Assembly: GCA_965219325.1 (NCBI GenBank)
Contig: OZ244723.1
Coordinates: forward strand, 1,981,803-2,045,802
Reading direction: 5' to 3'
Source: Dehalococcoidia bacterium
GTDB taxonomy: Bacteria; Chloroflexota; Dehalococcoidia; Lucifugimonadales; UBA2962
Length of the DNA stretch: 64,000 bases
Every line of letters begins with the position of its first letter. The stretch's first letter is position 1. Made by a program: the position numbers and the translations under genes. A model generated the notes under the pieces. The model did no database searches, had not been told where the DNA came from, and saw only the letters and a program-made list of their open reading frames with translations. Below, in pieces: positions 21,598 through 30,799 of the stretch.

Positions 21598-21870
21598 TTA
21601 ATCGTCATGCAGAAGCTCCCAGTCCGGTTCGACGTCTCGCAGCCTGGGGGCGATTCTTGCTAGGTCGGCCTGGAGCGCCGACCAGACGATCTGGATTGCT
21701 TCGCGGCGTGAAGGCAGCCTTGGATGCCTCGCGGCGTAAGGAATGGCCTCACGACCCTGCACCATGAAGCTGCGGCCTTCGTGCCTTACGAGGAAGGCGA
21801 CCTGATAGGCCATCTTGGAGTGGTTGTCCACCGGGAAGATCTTGGTCGTGTAGACCTTCACTTGAAGCAC
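21598..21870 (-). CDS. Hypothetical protein
   Basis: 90-aa ORF co-oriented with its neighbours. Confidence 0.4.
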   Translation of the reverse strand: MLQVKVYTTKIFPVDNHSKMAYQVAFLVRHEGRSFMVQGREAIPYAARHPRLPSRREAIQIVWSALQADLARIAPRLRDVEPDWELLHDD

Positions 21871-22220
21871 TGGGATACTCCGTCTGGTCGATGCCAGCCC
21901 TCAACCGGCCGCTCTAGAATAGTGCCAACGGGCCGACGACAGCCCCGACTCATTGGCTCAGATGTTCTAAATCTATCACGGCGGCCATCGCCACGCCATC
22001 CATTCCCGCAGGTTCCGACCGATTAACGTGCTAGTCGGTCAGTCCCACATGCACGACACGGATGCTGGCATGGACATGCTCATACGCAAAAGGGGCGACA
22101 CTCATGGTCGTGCAGGAAGAAGGCACCACGTGACTATTGCAGCCTTCCACAGCGCATTCGGGCGCCAACGGACCTGCGCCAGCAAACGCAAGAGGCGCCC
22201 ACACATGGACGAGTTGCCTG

Positions 22221-22565
22221 TCATCCAGTCCAGTCGCCTGACATGCCCGGGTCGGTCTCCCTCGAAAGCGTATCGGCGAGCCGGCGGTAAGTCTCCGCCT
22301 CGTCCGTCATTCCTCCGTCCGCCAGCTCAGCACTGCGCATCCTCGCAAATGAAATTGCCGATACCTTGCAACGGTTGCACACCGTCGGAAGCGACAGATC
22401 GTGCCGCCTGCGCTGCAGGTAGTCCTGCACGGTGGTCAGGTCGTGGACGGAGGCGTCGGCTCCGCAGAGGGCTTTCTCTACCCTGGCATCGGCGTCGAAC
22501 AGGTGCATCTCGATCAATTCGCATCTCCCTTCGGTATCCGGTTCCCGGTCTCTCGCGTTTTCCAT
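22221..22565 (-). CDS. Small hypothetical protein downstream of the helicase
   Basis: ATG preceded by ggaaaagg; H..C and CNRC residues suggest metal binding. Confidence 0.55.
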   Translation of the reverse strand: MENARDREPDTEGRCELIEMHLFDADARVEKALCGADASVHDLTTVQDYLQRRRHDLSLPTVCNRCKVSAISFARMRSAELADGGMTDEAETYRRLADTLSRETDPGMSGDWTG

Positions 22566-22626
22566 CAGCCTTTTCCATTCCTCGAAAGTCCTGGAACGCA
22601 AAAAAGGCCGCATACATGGCCGGCCA

Positions 22627-22657
22627 GGGGGCAGTCGCATTTGCTGCGACTGCCCCC
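22627..22657 (-). terminator. Perfect 13-bp hairpin after the intact helicase
   Basis: gggggcagtcgca-tttgc-tgcgactgccccc, followed on the minus strand by gtatgcggcctttttt. Confidence 0.6.
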
Positions 22658-22670
22658 GTTGCGTTGCGTC

Positions 22671-25007
22671 CTAACTTCCCGCTCCGACCAACTCTGCCTC
22701 CCGCTCCCGTTCAAACGCCCACTCGAACATCGAGAGGGATGCGGGCTGAGGCTTGCTCTTGCGGGCCTTCGGCTTCGCCGGTTCTGCGACCATGAACTCG
22801 GCCCATGAGAACAGCGTCTGCTGCGGCTCCGGGGCCTCCTCGTGACGGCTGCTACCATTCCCGTTCCCGCTGGCGTGGTGGCCGTTTCCTAGGACCAGCT
22901 CGACCGTCGGCCCGACGACGTCGCGGTGGCCATTGCCGTTGACCGGAACCGCCTCTGGCTCGACCTCGACCGTCCTCCAACCCTCGTCCACCAGCAGTTC
23001 CTCTGCGGTGGCCTCCGCGTCCCTTGCGGCTGTGAAAACCTCCTCCACCGTCTCCGCGTCCTCTTTCTCGTCACCGCTGACGATCTTGCGGGCCAGGGCC
23101 ATCAACAGGTCGTCGCCGTCGTCGCCAAATGCGGCGAGCCCGTCCTCGGGAAGCTCACCCTCGACGGCGAGGGAGCTCTGGAGCTTCCTGGCCACCAGCT
23201 TGAGGGCGTCAGCCTGCAGGGTGCTGCGGTAGGACATGAACACGACCCTGACGGGCCGGGTCTGCCCGATGCGCCAGGACCGGCGCGAAGCCTGCCGCAT
23301 GGTGTAAACGGAGTAATCGGTTTCGAACCAGACCACGACAGGAAAGTCGATCAGGTCGAGGCCGGTCTGCACCAGTCGCGGATGGCAGATCAGGACATCT
23401 ATACCCTCATCCACCCTATCGGCGACCCATGCCTCCCGCCGGTCCGGGGCCACTACGTCGGCCTTCATGACCGCGACGCGGAACCCGTGCCGTGCGAGGA
23501 TCTCGTCCATCCGACCGGTGATGTCACGTGTCCCGGTGTGTGTGACGTAGACGAGGACCCGGCGTCCCTGGAGCCTTTCGGCGGCGACGAGGTCGATTAG
23601 CCCCCGCTCTTTTGGATATAGCCGCTCCTCCGACAGCGGCGGCACCTGCGCGAGCACCTCTCCGGTTTCAGGATCCAGCACGGTCTCGCCCCTGGTGCAC
23701 CCGTCGGGGAAGGCGAGCAGTGTCTGTAGATACGCGGCCAGGAGCCGCCTTGAGCCCCTTGCGAGGGCGTCTGCGAGTGCGGCCCTCAGGGTCTCGAACA
23801 GCGCCTCGTAGGCCGATCGCTGCGAGAGCCCGGTAGTGTCGGGATCTGAGTCCATGTCCGATACCAGCACCTCCTCTGTGTAGGGTGGAAGGCCGGATGC
23901 GACATCCGAGAGCCGCAGAAAGATTGACTGCCCGATCAGGTGAAACAGCGCTGCGGGGGCGAGGCCGGGCCGCTCGCGGACGACCTTTCGGTAGCGCCTC
24001 CTTCGGCTGGCCCGACCGTCCTCGTCGTGGCGGTCGCTGGGTTTGCCGATGGTGTGCTCTACGAAGCCGTAGCGCTCGACCCAGCGGTGCTCGTCGGACC
24101 GCCCGAACTCGGTCCTTATGCGGGGGCTGAAGCGATAGAGTAGGTGGAAGAGCGTGCTTGCGTACCCCCCCATGAGGGTGCCGCTCAGGCTGAGTGTCCT
24201 GCCGCAGACGTCGGCGAGGATGCCGGCGGCGATGCCCTGCGCCGAACCCCAGGATTTGAACTCGTGACATTCGTCTGCGATCAACAGGTCGAAGAAGCCG
24301 GCCATCCTGTGCTTGATGTAGTCCGCTAAGGGATATCGCCTGGGACCGGAGTTGTCGGCCTGCCACAGGGCGGAGCCGCATGCGTTGCAGGTGCGCCGCC
24401 TGCGTGACAGATCGCGGTCGGTGAGGGGTACGCCGTCGGTGTCCAGGACCATCACGTAACAGTCCGGGCAGCATGGAACCCGGAACGTCTCGCCGGTGGT
24501 GTCGGCGCGAAAGAGCCTGCCGCGCGCGGCGGCCCAGCGCTCGACGACGGCGGGCTGCCATCGATACGACAGTTTTGCTCTCTCCCTGGACATCACCGCG
24601 AAGAGCGGTCCTTCGTCGCCGAGCGTGCGCAGGCGCTCCAGGTCGGTGATCGAGGTGACGATGGCGGCATGGGCGCCGGGAACGGTCTCCTCCACCTCAC
24701 GCTTCCACTTTCGGGTCAAATGGGGCGGGCAAAGTACTAGCACACTACGGAATCCTGCCATGTGGGCTGCCGCTGCGGCGATGAAGGTCTTGCCGGTGCC
24801 CATCTCGCCGACGACGGTGGTGCCGCGGTTGGTCCTGAGCGAGAGGGCCGCGCCCCTTATGGCGTCGGCCTGGGCCCCTAGCGGTGAGCGCAGGAGCTCG
24901 GGCAGGCGGTGTCCGTTCTCGGACGGCCTGTAGAGGGGCGGGTAGGACGCGACCACCCGTCGGGCGATCGCGTCTCGGTATTTTTCTATGAAGTCTGCCA
25001 GGTTCAT
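22671..25007 (-). CDS. SF2 (SNF2/DEAD-like) helicase of the ICE
   Basis: GEMGTGKT, IADECH, LSLSGT, QTGLDL, QASRRSWRIGQ; Zn-ribbon insertion. Confidence 0.9.
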   Translation of the reverse strand: MNLADFIEKYRDAIARRVVASYPPLYRPSENGHRLPELLRSPLGAQADAIRGAALSLRTNRGTTVVGEMGTGKTFIAAAAAHMAGFRSVLVLCPPHLTRKWKREVEETVPGAHAAIVTSITDLERLRTLGDEGPLFAVMSRERAKLSYRWQPAVVERWAAARGRLFRADTTGETFRVPCCPDCYVMVLDTDGVPLTDRDLSRRRRTCNACGSALWQADNSGPRRYPLADYIKHRMAGFFDLLIADECHEFKSWGSAQGIAAGILADVCGRTLSLSGTLMGGYASTLFHLLYRFSPRIRTEFGRSDEHRWVERYGFVEHTIGKPSDRHDEDGRASRRRRYRKVVRERPGLAPAALFHLIGQSIFLRLSDVASGLPPYTEEVLVSDMDSDPDTTGLSQRSAYEALFETLRAALADALARGSRRLLAAYLQTLLAFPDGCTRGETVLDPETGEVLAQVPPLSEERLYPKERGLIDLVAAERLQGRRVLVYVTHTGTRDITGRMDEILARHGFRVAVMKADVVAPDRREAWVADRVDEGIDVLICHPRLVQTGLDLIDFPVVVWFETDYSVYTMRQASRRSWRIGQTRPVRVVFMSYRSTLQADALKLVARKLQSSLAVEGELPEDGLAAFGDDGDDLLMALARKIVSGDEKEDAETVEEVFTAARDAEATAEELLVDEGWRTVEVEPEAVPVNGNGHRDVVGPTVELVLGNGHHASGNGNGSSRHEEAPEPQQTLFSWAEFMVAEPAKPKARKSKPQPASLSMFEWAFEREREAELVGAGS

Positions 25008-25244
25008 CGTGGGCTGTCCTCGATATTCGGCGAGGACGCCCACCCGAACCGGGGGCATGTGCCCGGTATCCCCCGAGGAGAACGCCAGGACACTTTGATG
25101 CCCCCGCGTCGCTGGTCTGCTCCGCGGGTTCAGGTCCTGGAGGCGCCCTCCAGGTGGGGTATGGGGGGATTCATTTCGACTATTGGAAGGTGCGGGGCCC
25201 CGCCGGATCGAATGGCTGGCGGTGCCCCGTGTTGCGGCTCAGGG

Positions 25245-25448
25245 TCAGGCCGGCTGGGCGACTATGGTGGCCGTCACGGTCGAGTAGCCGTGCGCCCGCC
25301 ACGCATCCCGGCATGCACCGCCGGTGTGGTAGGAGCGGCCCGGGAGGGTGACGATCCTGCCGTCGCGGATGTCGATGGGATTTGTGTGGGCGACCGGCTG
25401 GCCGGGCCCTATGGGCAGGTTGCAGAGCGTGCAGTTGTTAGGGGTCAT
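25245..25448 (-). CDS. Small Zn-finger-like protein
   Basis: CTLC...H....C; strong SD gaaagga. Confidence 0.6.
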   Translation of the reverse strand: MTPNNCTLCNLPIGPGQPVAHTNPIDIRDGRIVTLPGRSYHTGGACRDAWRAHGYSTVTATIVAQPA

Positions 25449-25508
25449 CGATTTGTCCTTTCCTTATATACGCGTGTACATGTCCTTGCTTCGGGCTGAG
25501 AAAAAGAG

Positions 25509-25543
25509 CGGGGCCCCTCCAGGTCTTGTCTGGAGGGGCCCCG
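25509..25543 (-). terminator. Intrinsic terminator after the methyltransferase
   Basis: Perfect 14-bp stem cggggcccctccag/ctggaggggccccg followed by ctcttttt on the minus strand. Confidence 0.7.
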
Positions 25544-25568
25544 TGATTGCGGCTGCGATGAGAGCCGT

Positions 25569-26606
25569 CTATGCGGCGATATCGGTGATCTGCCCGTCGG
25601 TCAGGTCGAGGGAGACGACGGTGGTGCGGAGTCTCTCGCGGTAGGTCTCCTTGTCCTCGGTAGCCTCGACGAGCACGAACTCCTTGCCGGTCCTTCCCTT
25701 CACGAGGATCCTCCGTCCCTCCGATTCGAGGCAGAGGTTGTCGAGGAACCCGGCGGCGACCAACATCGCCATGTGGCCTTTCCTGAGCGGCATCAGCGGG
25801 CGTGTGCGAAGGTCGCCCGTGGGCCACAGGGAGTCTGTGATCTCCGGGCTTGCCCACAGTCCCGCCCGCCGTGCCTCGGCTGCAGCGGCAACCGGGTCGA
25901 CGGTGCGGGTTGCGAACAGGATGTCGCCGGCTGTCGTGGACGCGGCGGTGTAGACGGGGTAACGGTGGGCCGAGAGGGTCTCGGGCTCCCCGTCCGCCCA
26001 CTCCCTTATCTGCTCCTCCGCATGCGGGTCGGAGTGCGGCTCGGCCTTTCGGTATGCCATGAGGACGACCTGGTCGAAGGCCTCTCGCTCGGGCTCGGGG
26101 AAGGCCCAGCACCTGATCCTTCTGTAGTGGGATGCCAGGTACCGCGCCGAGACGGCGAGGCGCCTTCGGGGAACGATGAAGATGAGCAGGCCGTCCTCTG
26201 CGAGGTACCGGGTCGTGTGCACCAGGAAGCGATGCTCGACCCGCCTCTTGTCCCCTGCGTCCGCATCATAGGGCGGGTTCAAGAGGAGCATCCCGAAGGC
26301 GCCGTTGGCGATGGAGGTGCCGAAGAGGTCGACGGAGAGCGTGCGGTCGAGCCGCTCCCGCGCCTGTTCGGTGCGTTCGGTGTGTAGCTCGACTCCGAAG
26401 GTCTCGACGGGCACTGCGCCGGGTCCGCCGAGTCTTTCGGCGAGCCGGGCGAGCGCCTCGCCGGCCCCGCAGCACGGATCGAGGATGCGGACGGTCTCGC
26501 GGCAGCCGTAGTAGCTGGATGGCACGTGGACCAGTCCGGCGATAAGGTCCACGATGGTTGGCGGCGTCGGGTAAAACCCTCCCTTCGCCTGAGCTGAAAG
26601 TCTCAT
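25569..26606 (-). CDS. Orphan N6-adenine DNA methyltransferase (ICE type, DUF6094-like)
   Basis: GFYPTP, ILDPCCGAG (motif I), LNPPY (motif IV). Confidence 0.88.
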   Translation of the reverse strand: MRLSAQAKGGFYPTPPTIVDLIAGLVHVPSSYYGCRETVRILDPCCGAGEALARLAERLGGPGAVPVETFGVELHTERTEQARERLDRTLSVDLFGTSIANGAFGMLLLNPPYDADAGDKRRVEHRFLVHTTRYLAEDGLLIFIVPRRRLAVSARYLASHYRRIRCWAFPEPEREAFDQVVLMAYRKAEPHSDPHAEEQIREWADGEPETLSAHRYPVYTAASTTAGDILFATRTVDPVAAAAEARRAGLWASPEITDSLWPTGDLRTRPLMPLRKGHMAMLVAAGFLDNLCLESEGRRILVKGRTGKEFVLVEATEDKETYRERLRTTVVSLDLTDGQITDIAA

Positions 26607-26663
26607 GTGTCTTCTCCTTTTCTTGCCTGTTCCTTCTCTGATTGCGCTGATGTGCTCCGGTCG

Positions 26664-27050
26664 CTAGGCCGCCACCCTCGAGGACTCTCTCCTGATCGCC
26701 CCGAGGGTCTTCGGCCTCCAATAGAGGTCGCGCTCCACTGCGGGAACGCCGCCGAACACGGTGGCCTCCGCCAACTCGGTCAGCTCAAAATAGCCCAGTT
26801 CCTCCTCGAACCCTTCGACTAGGCCGAAGCAGAGTCCGGTCTCCCGGTCCCACTCGGTCACGTACCAGCGCCAGCCGGCATAGGGACTGAACAATTTTGC
26901 TCGCGCCAGGACCGAGTCGTAGTCCGCGACGTTTTCGTTTGCGTAGAGGGCGGGAATGGTGTCCCCGATCTCCTTCGTCATGAGCCTGTGCCTGCGGAGC
27001 CTGCTGTGTTTGTCCTCCCAGGTCGTGGTGGTTCCCTCTACGCCGGGCAT
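26664..27050 (-). CDS. DUF2958-like protein
   Basis: IPALYANE...AKLFSPY.GWRWYVTEWD...CFGLV.GFE.ELGYF.L.EL...VERDLYW.P. Confidence 0.8.
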   Translation of the reverse strand: MPGVEGTTTTWEDKHSRLRRHRLMTKEIGDTIPALYANENVADYDSVLARAKLFSPYAGWRWYVTEWDRETGLCFGLVEGFEEELGYFELTELAEATVFGGVPAVERDLYWRPKTLGAIRRESSRVAA

Positions 27051-27445
27051 GGTCTCTCCTTTCCGTTCGGACTGATGCCGACGCCCTCGCCGACGGCGGT
27101 GTTTCGCTGGTAACAGGCCACTTGCGTCGTGTTCATTTCCCTGGCGCATTCGGTGCAAAAGACGGTGATGAGTTCGGCTGCCCTGGCGACGACCATGCGC
27201 CTTACTAGGACCGGGCCGTTCTCCGGTGTCTCGTGCCGGTAGAGCCTTACCGAGCGGCTGTGTCTCTCGGCGTCGGTTGCGGGCCGGTAGAAATGGGGTT
27301 GGGAGGAAGTACACAGGTGCGTGGAGGCGTCGTGCCGGCAGTAGCGACAAGTGCTGCCATCGGTTGAGAAACCCTGCCATGCGGTGAGGTTTCGCTCCTG
27401 CCGCCGCCTGTTGCCGCGGCTGGCCTTCCTGAGCGTCCTATCCAT
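27038..27445 (-). CDS. Hypothetical protein with two CxxC motifs
   Basis: CRYC and CTEC; overlaps both neighbours (translational coupling). Confidence 0.65.
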   Translation of the reverse strand: MDRTLRKASRGNRRRQERNLTAWQGFSTDGSTCRYCRHDASTHLCTSSQPHFYRPATDAERHSRSVRLYRHETPENGPVLVRRMVVARAAELITVFCTECAREMNTTQVACYQRNTAVGEGVGISPNGKERPCPA

Positions 27446-28076
27446 GGGTGTCTCCCCGTGCCTCCTCGGTCAGGGTCAGCGTCCCCGACGCGACCGCCTC
27501 CGACAGGTCGTTCCTGAGCCGCTCGCCGTCGGGCCGGCACAGGTACGCTGCGATGCCGGCCGACTGCAGCAGTGTGATCTCGCCGGTGGCGATGCCCCTG
27601 TCCCAGAGCCAGCCGGCCCAGGAGCGGTGGAGGGGCAGGAGGCTGCGCCGGTCGAGGAACCGGTGGTGCAGGGTTGGGGCATCTTGCTCGTCTCCCGCCA
27701 ACAGCAGGAACGAGTCGGATTCGTGGGAGAACTCCGCCCACTTCGTGTACACCATCGCATGGTAGCCGCCGCTTACGGGCAGGCGGATGATCTTGGTGGT
27801 CCATGTTCCCACGGTCTGCGGCGGGATCGTGCACCTCTGGTAGCCGCCCGACAGCGCGGTGCCGTCGGCGCCGCGTATCAGGTGCGCGGCCTCGGGCGGC
27901 TGCTTGAGCAGCGCGGCCCAGATGGCCTTTAGGGCGGTCTGTGAGCCGACCATAGACAGGAACCAGATCGTCCGGTCCCGGTCGTCCCGGGCGAAGGCGT
28001 CGACCGTCGCTGAGAAGCCGGCCGCGCTGATCGTGTGAAGGTCGTCCGGGCCAGCCGGATCGCAGCTTGCATTCAT
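27438..28076 (-). CDS. Conserved ICE hypothetical protein
   Basis: 212-aa ORF within the operon; WFLSMVGSQTALKAIWA segment. Confidence 0.7.
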   Translation of the reverse strand: MNASCDPAGPDDLHTISAAGFSATVDAFARDDRDRTIWFLSMVGSQTALKAIWAALLKQPPEAAHLIRGADGTALSGGYQRCTIPPQTVGTWTTKIIRLPVSGGYHAMVYTKWAEFSHESDSFLLLAGDEQDAPTLHHRFLDRRSLLPLHRSWAGWLWDRGIATGEITLLQSAGIAAYLCRPDGERLRNDLSEAVASGTLTLTEEARGDTHG

Positions 28077-28116
28077 GTGATGTCTCCTGGGCGTGGGATT
28101 GCGATCCGGTGGTCTT

Positions 28117-28620
28117 CTAGGCCGGTATGTGGCCGCGGTCGCACAGGCTCACGAAGTCGTCCGGTCCGCCTATCACGATGTGGTCGAGCAGGTCGATGCG
28201 AAGGAGCTTCGCGGCATCGACGAGGTCCTGCGTCACGGCGATGTCCTCGGGGCTGGGCGTAGGGTCTTGCGACGGGTGATTGTGAAGAACTATGACGTGG
28301 GGGACGGCCTCGATGACGGCGGGGCGGAAGACCTCGGCGGGCCTCACGATCGCAGAGTAGGAATTCCCTTGATAGATGACCCTCTGGCCGACGACGTGGT
28401 TCTTTCGGTCGAGGAGCAGGACGCGGACCTGCTCCTGTGCGAGCTGCGACATCTCGGGTCCGACCAGCCGGCACACGTCCTCGGGTGAGGAGACGGTGGG
28501 CGGGTCGGCCTCGCGCTCCGGGAGCGTCTCAACGTCGTAGCGGATGGCCAGCTCGCTGAGCAGGTCGAGGTTGCGGCGCAGTGCGTCGAGCAGGGTGTCG
28601 GTGTGGGTGGCGGTGGTCAT
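28117..28620 (-). CDS. radC: RadC-like JAB/MPN domain protein
   Basis: EQVRVLLLD, HNHPSQDPTPSPED, LLDHIVIG. Confidence 0.92.
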   Translation of the reverse strand: MTTATHTDTLLDALRRNLDLLSELAIRYDVETLPEREADPPTVSSPEDVCRLVGPEMSQLAQEQVRVLLLDRKNHVVGQRVIYQGNSYSAIVRPAEVFRPAVIEAVPHVIVLHNHPSQDPTPSPEDIAVTQDLVDAAKLLRIDLLDHIVIGGPDDFVSLCDRGHIPA

Positions 28621-28665
28621 TTCGGTTCTCCTGTAACGGGGAATGTGATCGGGCTGAAACGAAGG

Positions 28666-28698
28666 CGGGGCCGCTCCAAACGTGTCGGAACGGCCCCG
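28666..28698 (-). terminator. Hairpin between ssb and radC
   Basis: cggggccgctcc/ggaacggccccg followed by ccttcgtttc on the minus strand. Confidence 0.55.
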
Positions 28699-28740
28699 TT
28701 GTGCGCCCGGGACTTCCGGGCGGCGGATTGCGTAAAGCTG

Positions 28741-29118
28741 CTAGAAGGGCGAGTCGGCCTCGGCCTGCTCGACCTCCGCGCCCTTCCCGTTGCCGTTACG
28801 GGTGTCGAGGAAGATGACCTCGTTTGCGTGGATCTCGGTGCGGAAGCGGCGCTGACCGTCGGATGTCTCGTAGGAGCTGTAGGAGAGCCTGCCGGCGACG
28901 AATATGCGGTCGCCCTTGCCGACGAACTGGTTCACGACCTCGGCGGTCTTTCCCCACGCGACGACCGAATGCCAGTCGGTCTCCGAATCGCCGTTCTGAC
29001 GGCGGCGGTCGGTGGCCAGCCTCACCTGGGTCACGGCGGTGCCGGACTGCGTGTATCGCATCTCGGGCTCTGTGCCCACGCGTCCGAGCAGCTCAACCCT
29101 GTTGATGGTCCTTGCCAT
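28741..29118 (-). CDS. ssb: Single-stranded DNA-binding protein
   Basis: INRVELLGRVG..PEMRYT, TDWHSVVAWGK, acidic C-terminal DSPF. Confidence 0.95.
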   Translation of the reverse strand: MARTINRVELLGRVGTEPEMRYTQSGTAVTQVRLATDRRRQNGDSETDWHSVVAWGKTAEVVNQFVGKGDRIFVAGRLSYSSYETSDGQRRFRTEIHANEVIFLDTRNGNGKGAEVEQAEADSPF

Positions 29119-29176
29119 TTCGTTCCTCCCTGAGGTGTCTTGCGGTGCGGCCGATCCGCACCCGGTCGAAACAAAG

Positions 29177-29211
29177 CGGGGCCGCCTCCCGAAGTGTGGA
29201 AAGCGGCCCCG
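29177..29211 (-). terminator. Hairpin between the exonuclease and ssb
   Basis: cggggccgc...gcggccccg followed by ctttgtttc on the minus strand. Confidence 0.55.
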
Positions 29212-29235
29212 TCCAGCGCTCCGTCGGCGGAGCGT

Positions 29236-30258
29236 CTATGTCACCCGCACGTGTTCGGAGATGTTCTCGGAGACGACCTCCGCCCGCGTCTCGGGATCGA
29301 GCAGTGCGCTGAGGCGCCGGTGGTTGACGGCGAACCTGGTGGTCCGCACGAGGCTGACGGTCCTTCCCCCGATGCTCTCCTTGCCGTTGTTCCTTCCTCG
29401 CATCCAGACCTTCAGCGTGTCCAGCGCCTCCCGCTTTGTCCGCTCGGGCTCCCTTGCCGCCTCCTGTGCGGCGGTGTATGAGGCCACCGCGAGGCGTGCC
29501 TCCTCGGTGCTCACCTTCCTAGGCTCGATTTCCGGAGCTTCCTCCTCGGCATCGCCGGGCTGGCAGGCCAGTAGGAACGGGCAGCCCTTGCAGCGCCAGC
29601 TTCCCGCGGCAAAGTCCCGCTGCGGCAGAGCTTCGGGGTCCGGTCCGTTAGCGGCGAGGTGCTGTGCCAGCGGGGCGAGCCACGACCGCGTCTTCTCCAG
29701 CGCTCCGGTCACCCGCGCGGCCGGTATGACCTCGAAGTCCCATTGCCGTGAGCCCGTGTCCATCGTGGCTATGACCGCGTGGCGTGGCCCGCCGAAGGTG
29801 CCGTAGGAGTAGACGGCGGCCTGTGCGACCGAGTCGGGGTGGCTGATCTCAGCCCCCATCGCCTGCCAGCGTTTGAACGCTGCGGGTCCCCGGGTCTTGA
29901 CCTCTACGATCGTCTCCGCCCCGCCGAACACCGGCATGCGCCCGGTGGCGTCCGGGTGACCGGTGACGGTCAGGTTGGGCGCGAGCCTGACCGATACCCT
30001 CGCGGGGCTCGCCGGATCGCTGGGAGATATCTCCCAGCCGGCCCTGCCCATGGCCCGAAGGACCACGGGCTCGAGGGCGGTCCCGGCCTCCATGACGGTG
30101 ACGGACTCGTCCGTCGGAGGGTTGGTGGGCTGGTGCCCCGTTGCCGCGTACCACAGTGCCCTTCGGCAGCCCATGGCCGCGGACGCCCTGACCTCGAGCC
30201 CGCCGTCATCGCCGATGCGGGCGGCGGGTCGCGAGAGGGCCTCGTCCTTATCTTTCAT
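29236..30258 (-). CDS. Cas4/AddB-like PD-(D/E)xK exonuclease
   Basis: ASAAMGCRRALWY, GHPD..., VEVKT, C-terminal CKGCPFLLAC (four-Cys cluster pattern). Confidence 0.8.
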   Translation of the reverse strand: MKDKDEALSRPAARIGDDGGLEVRASAAMGCRRALWYAATGHQPTNPPTDESVTVMEAGTALEPVVLRAMGRAGWEISPSDPASPARVSVRLAPNLTVTGHPDATGRMPVFGGAETIVEVKTRGPAAFKRWQAMGAEISHPDSVAQAAVYSYGTFGGPRHAVIATMDTGSRQWDFEVIPAARVTGALEKTRSWLAPLAQHLAANGPDPEALPQRDFAAGSWRCKGCPFLLACQPGDAEEEAPEIEPRKVSTEEARLAVASYTAAQEAAREPERTKREALDTLKVWMRGRNNGKESIGGRTVSLVRTTRFAVNHRRLSALLDPETRAEVVSENISEHVRVT

Positions 30259-30418
30259 TTCGTCTTTCTCCTGTAGAAAAATGCATGGGCTCTCCGTTCC
30301 CTGTTTGCTAGACTCCGGGAAGCCGCCGAACGCACTGGGTGGCTGCTTGCGGGGCCGTGGGAGGGGGGGCGCTGTAGGATCCTCCCCGGCCCCGTCGCTC
30401 TTCCCGCTCCTTCGCCGC

Positions 30419-30799
30419 TCAGGCGGCCATGGCGTGCTCGATCACCTCCGCCTCGTCTTCCGTCGCCGCGATCTCCCGCAGCACGTGCGCGATGCCGTCG
30501 GCTATTCCCCTCACCTGGACGGTCCTGCCGCCGGGCATCAGGTTCGGCCACGGCTGCATCTCGCCGATGCCCCGGCACTGGCCGACGATCTCGTCCACGG
30601 GCGTGCCGCGGCGAAGGTGAAGGGAGATGAGTCTGCAGGCCGTCTCCGCCATCCCGTGCTCCGGCGATCCGGCCTTCCCGAGCGATCCGAGGACCTCGTA
30701 CGGCCGGCCGTCGTCGTCGACGCAGACGGTGACGAAGAGGCTGCCGCGCTCTGTGGCCAGCTTCGTTGTGGTGCTCCGAAGAGTCCTGGGCCGGGTCAT
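30419..30799 (-). CDS. Stand-alone TSCPD domain protein
   Basis: TTKLAT..GSLFVTV..DDDGRPYEV...GKAG...ISL.LR.G...EI..Q..GI resembles the class II RNR C-terminal domain. Confidence 0.7.
   Translation of the reverse strand: MTRPRTLRSTTTKLATERGSLFVTVCVDDDGRPYEVLGSLGKAGSPEHGMAETACRLISLHLRRGTPVDEIVGQCRGIGEMQPWPNLMPGGRTVQVRGIADGIAHVLREIAATEDEAEVIEHAMAA

Noticed and set aside
17629-30258. CRISPR-Cas system suggested by Cas2-like and Cas4-like genes
   Set aside because: No cas1, no effector genes and no repeat-spacer array; the two genes are 11 kb apart in unrelated contexts
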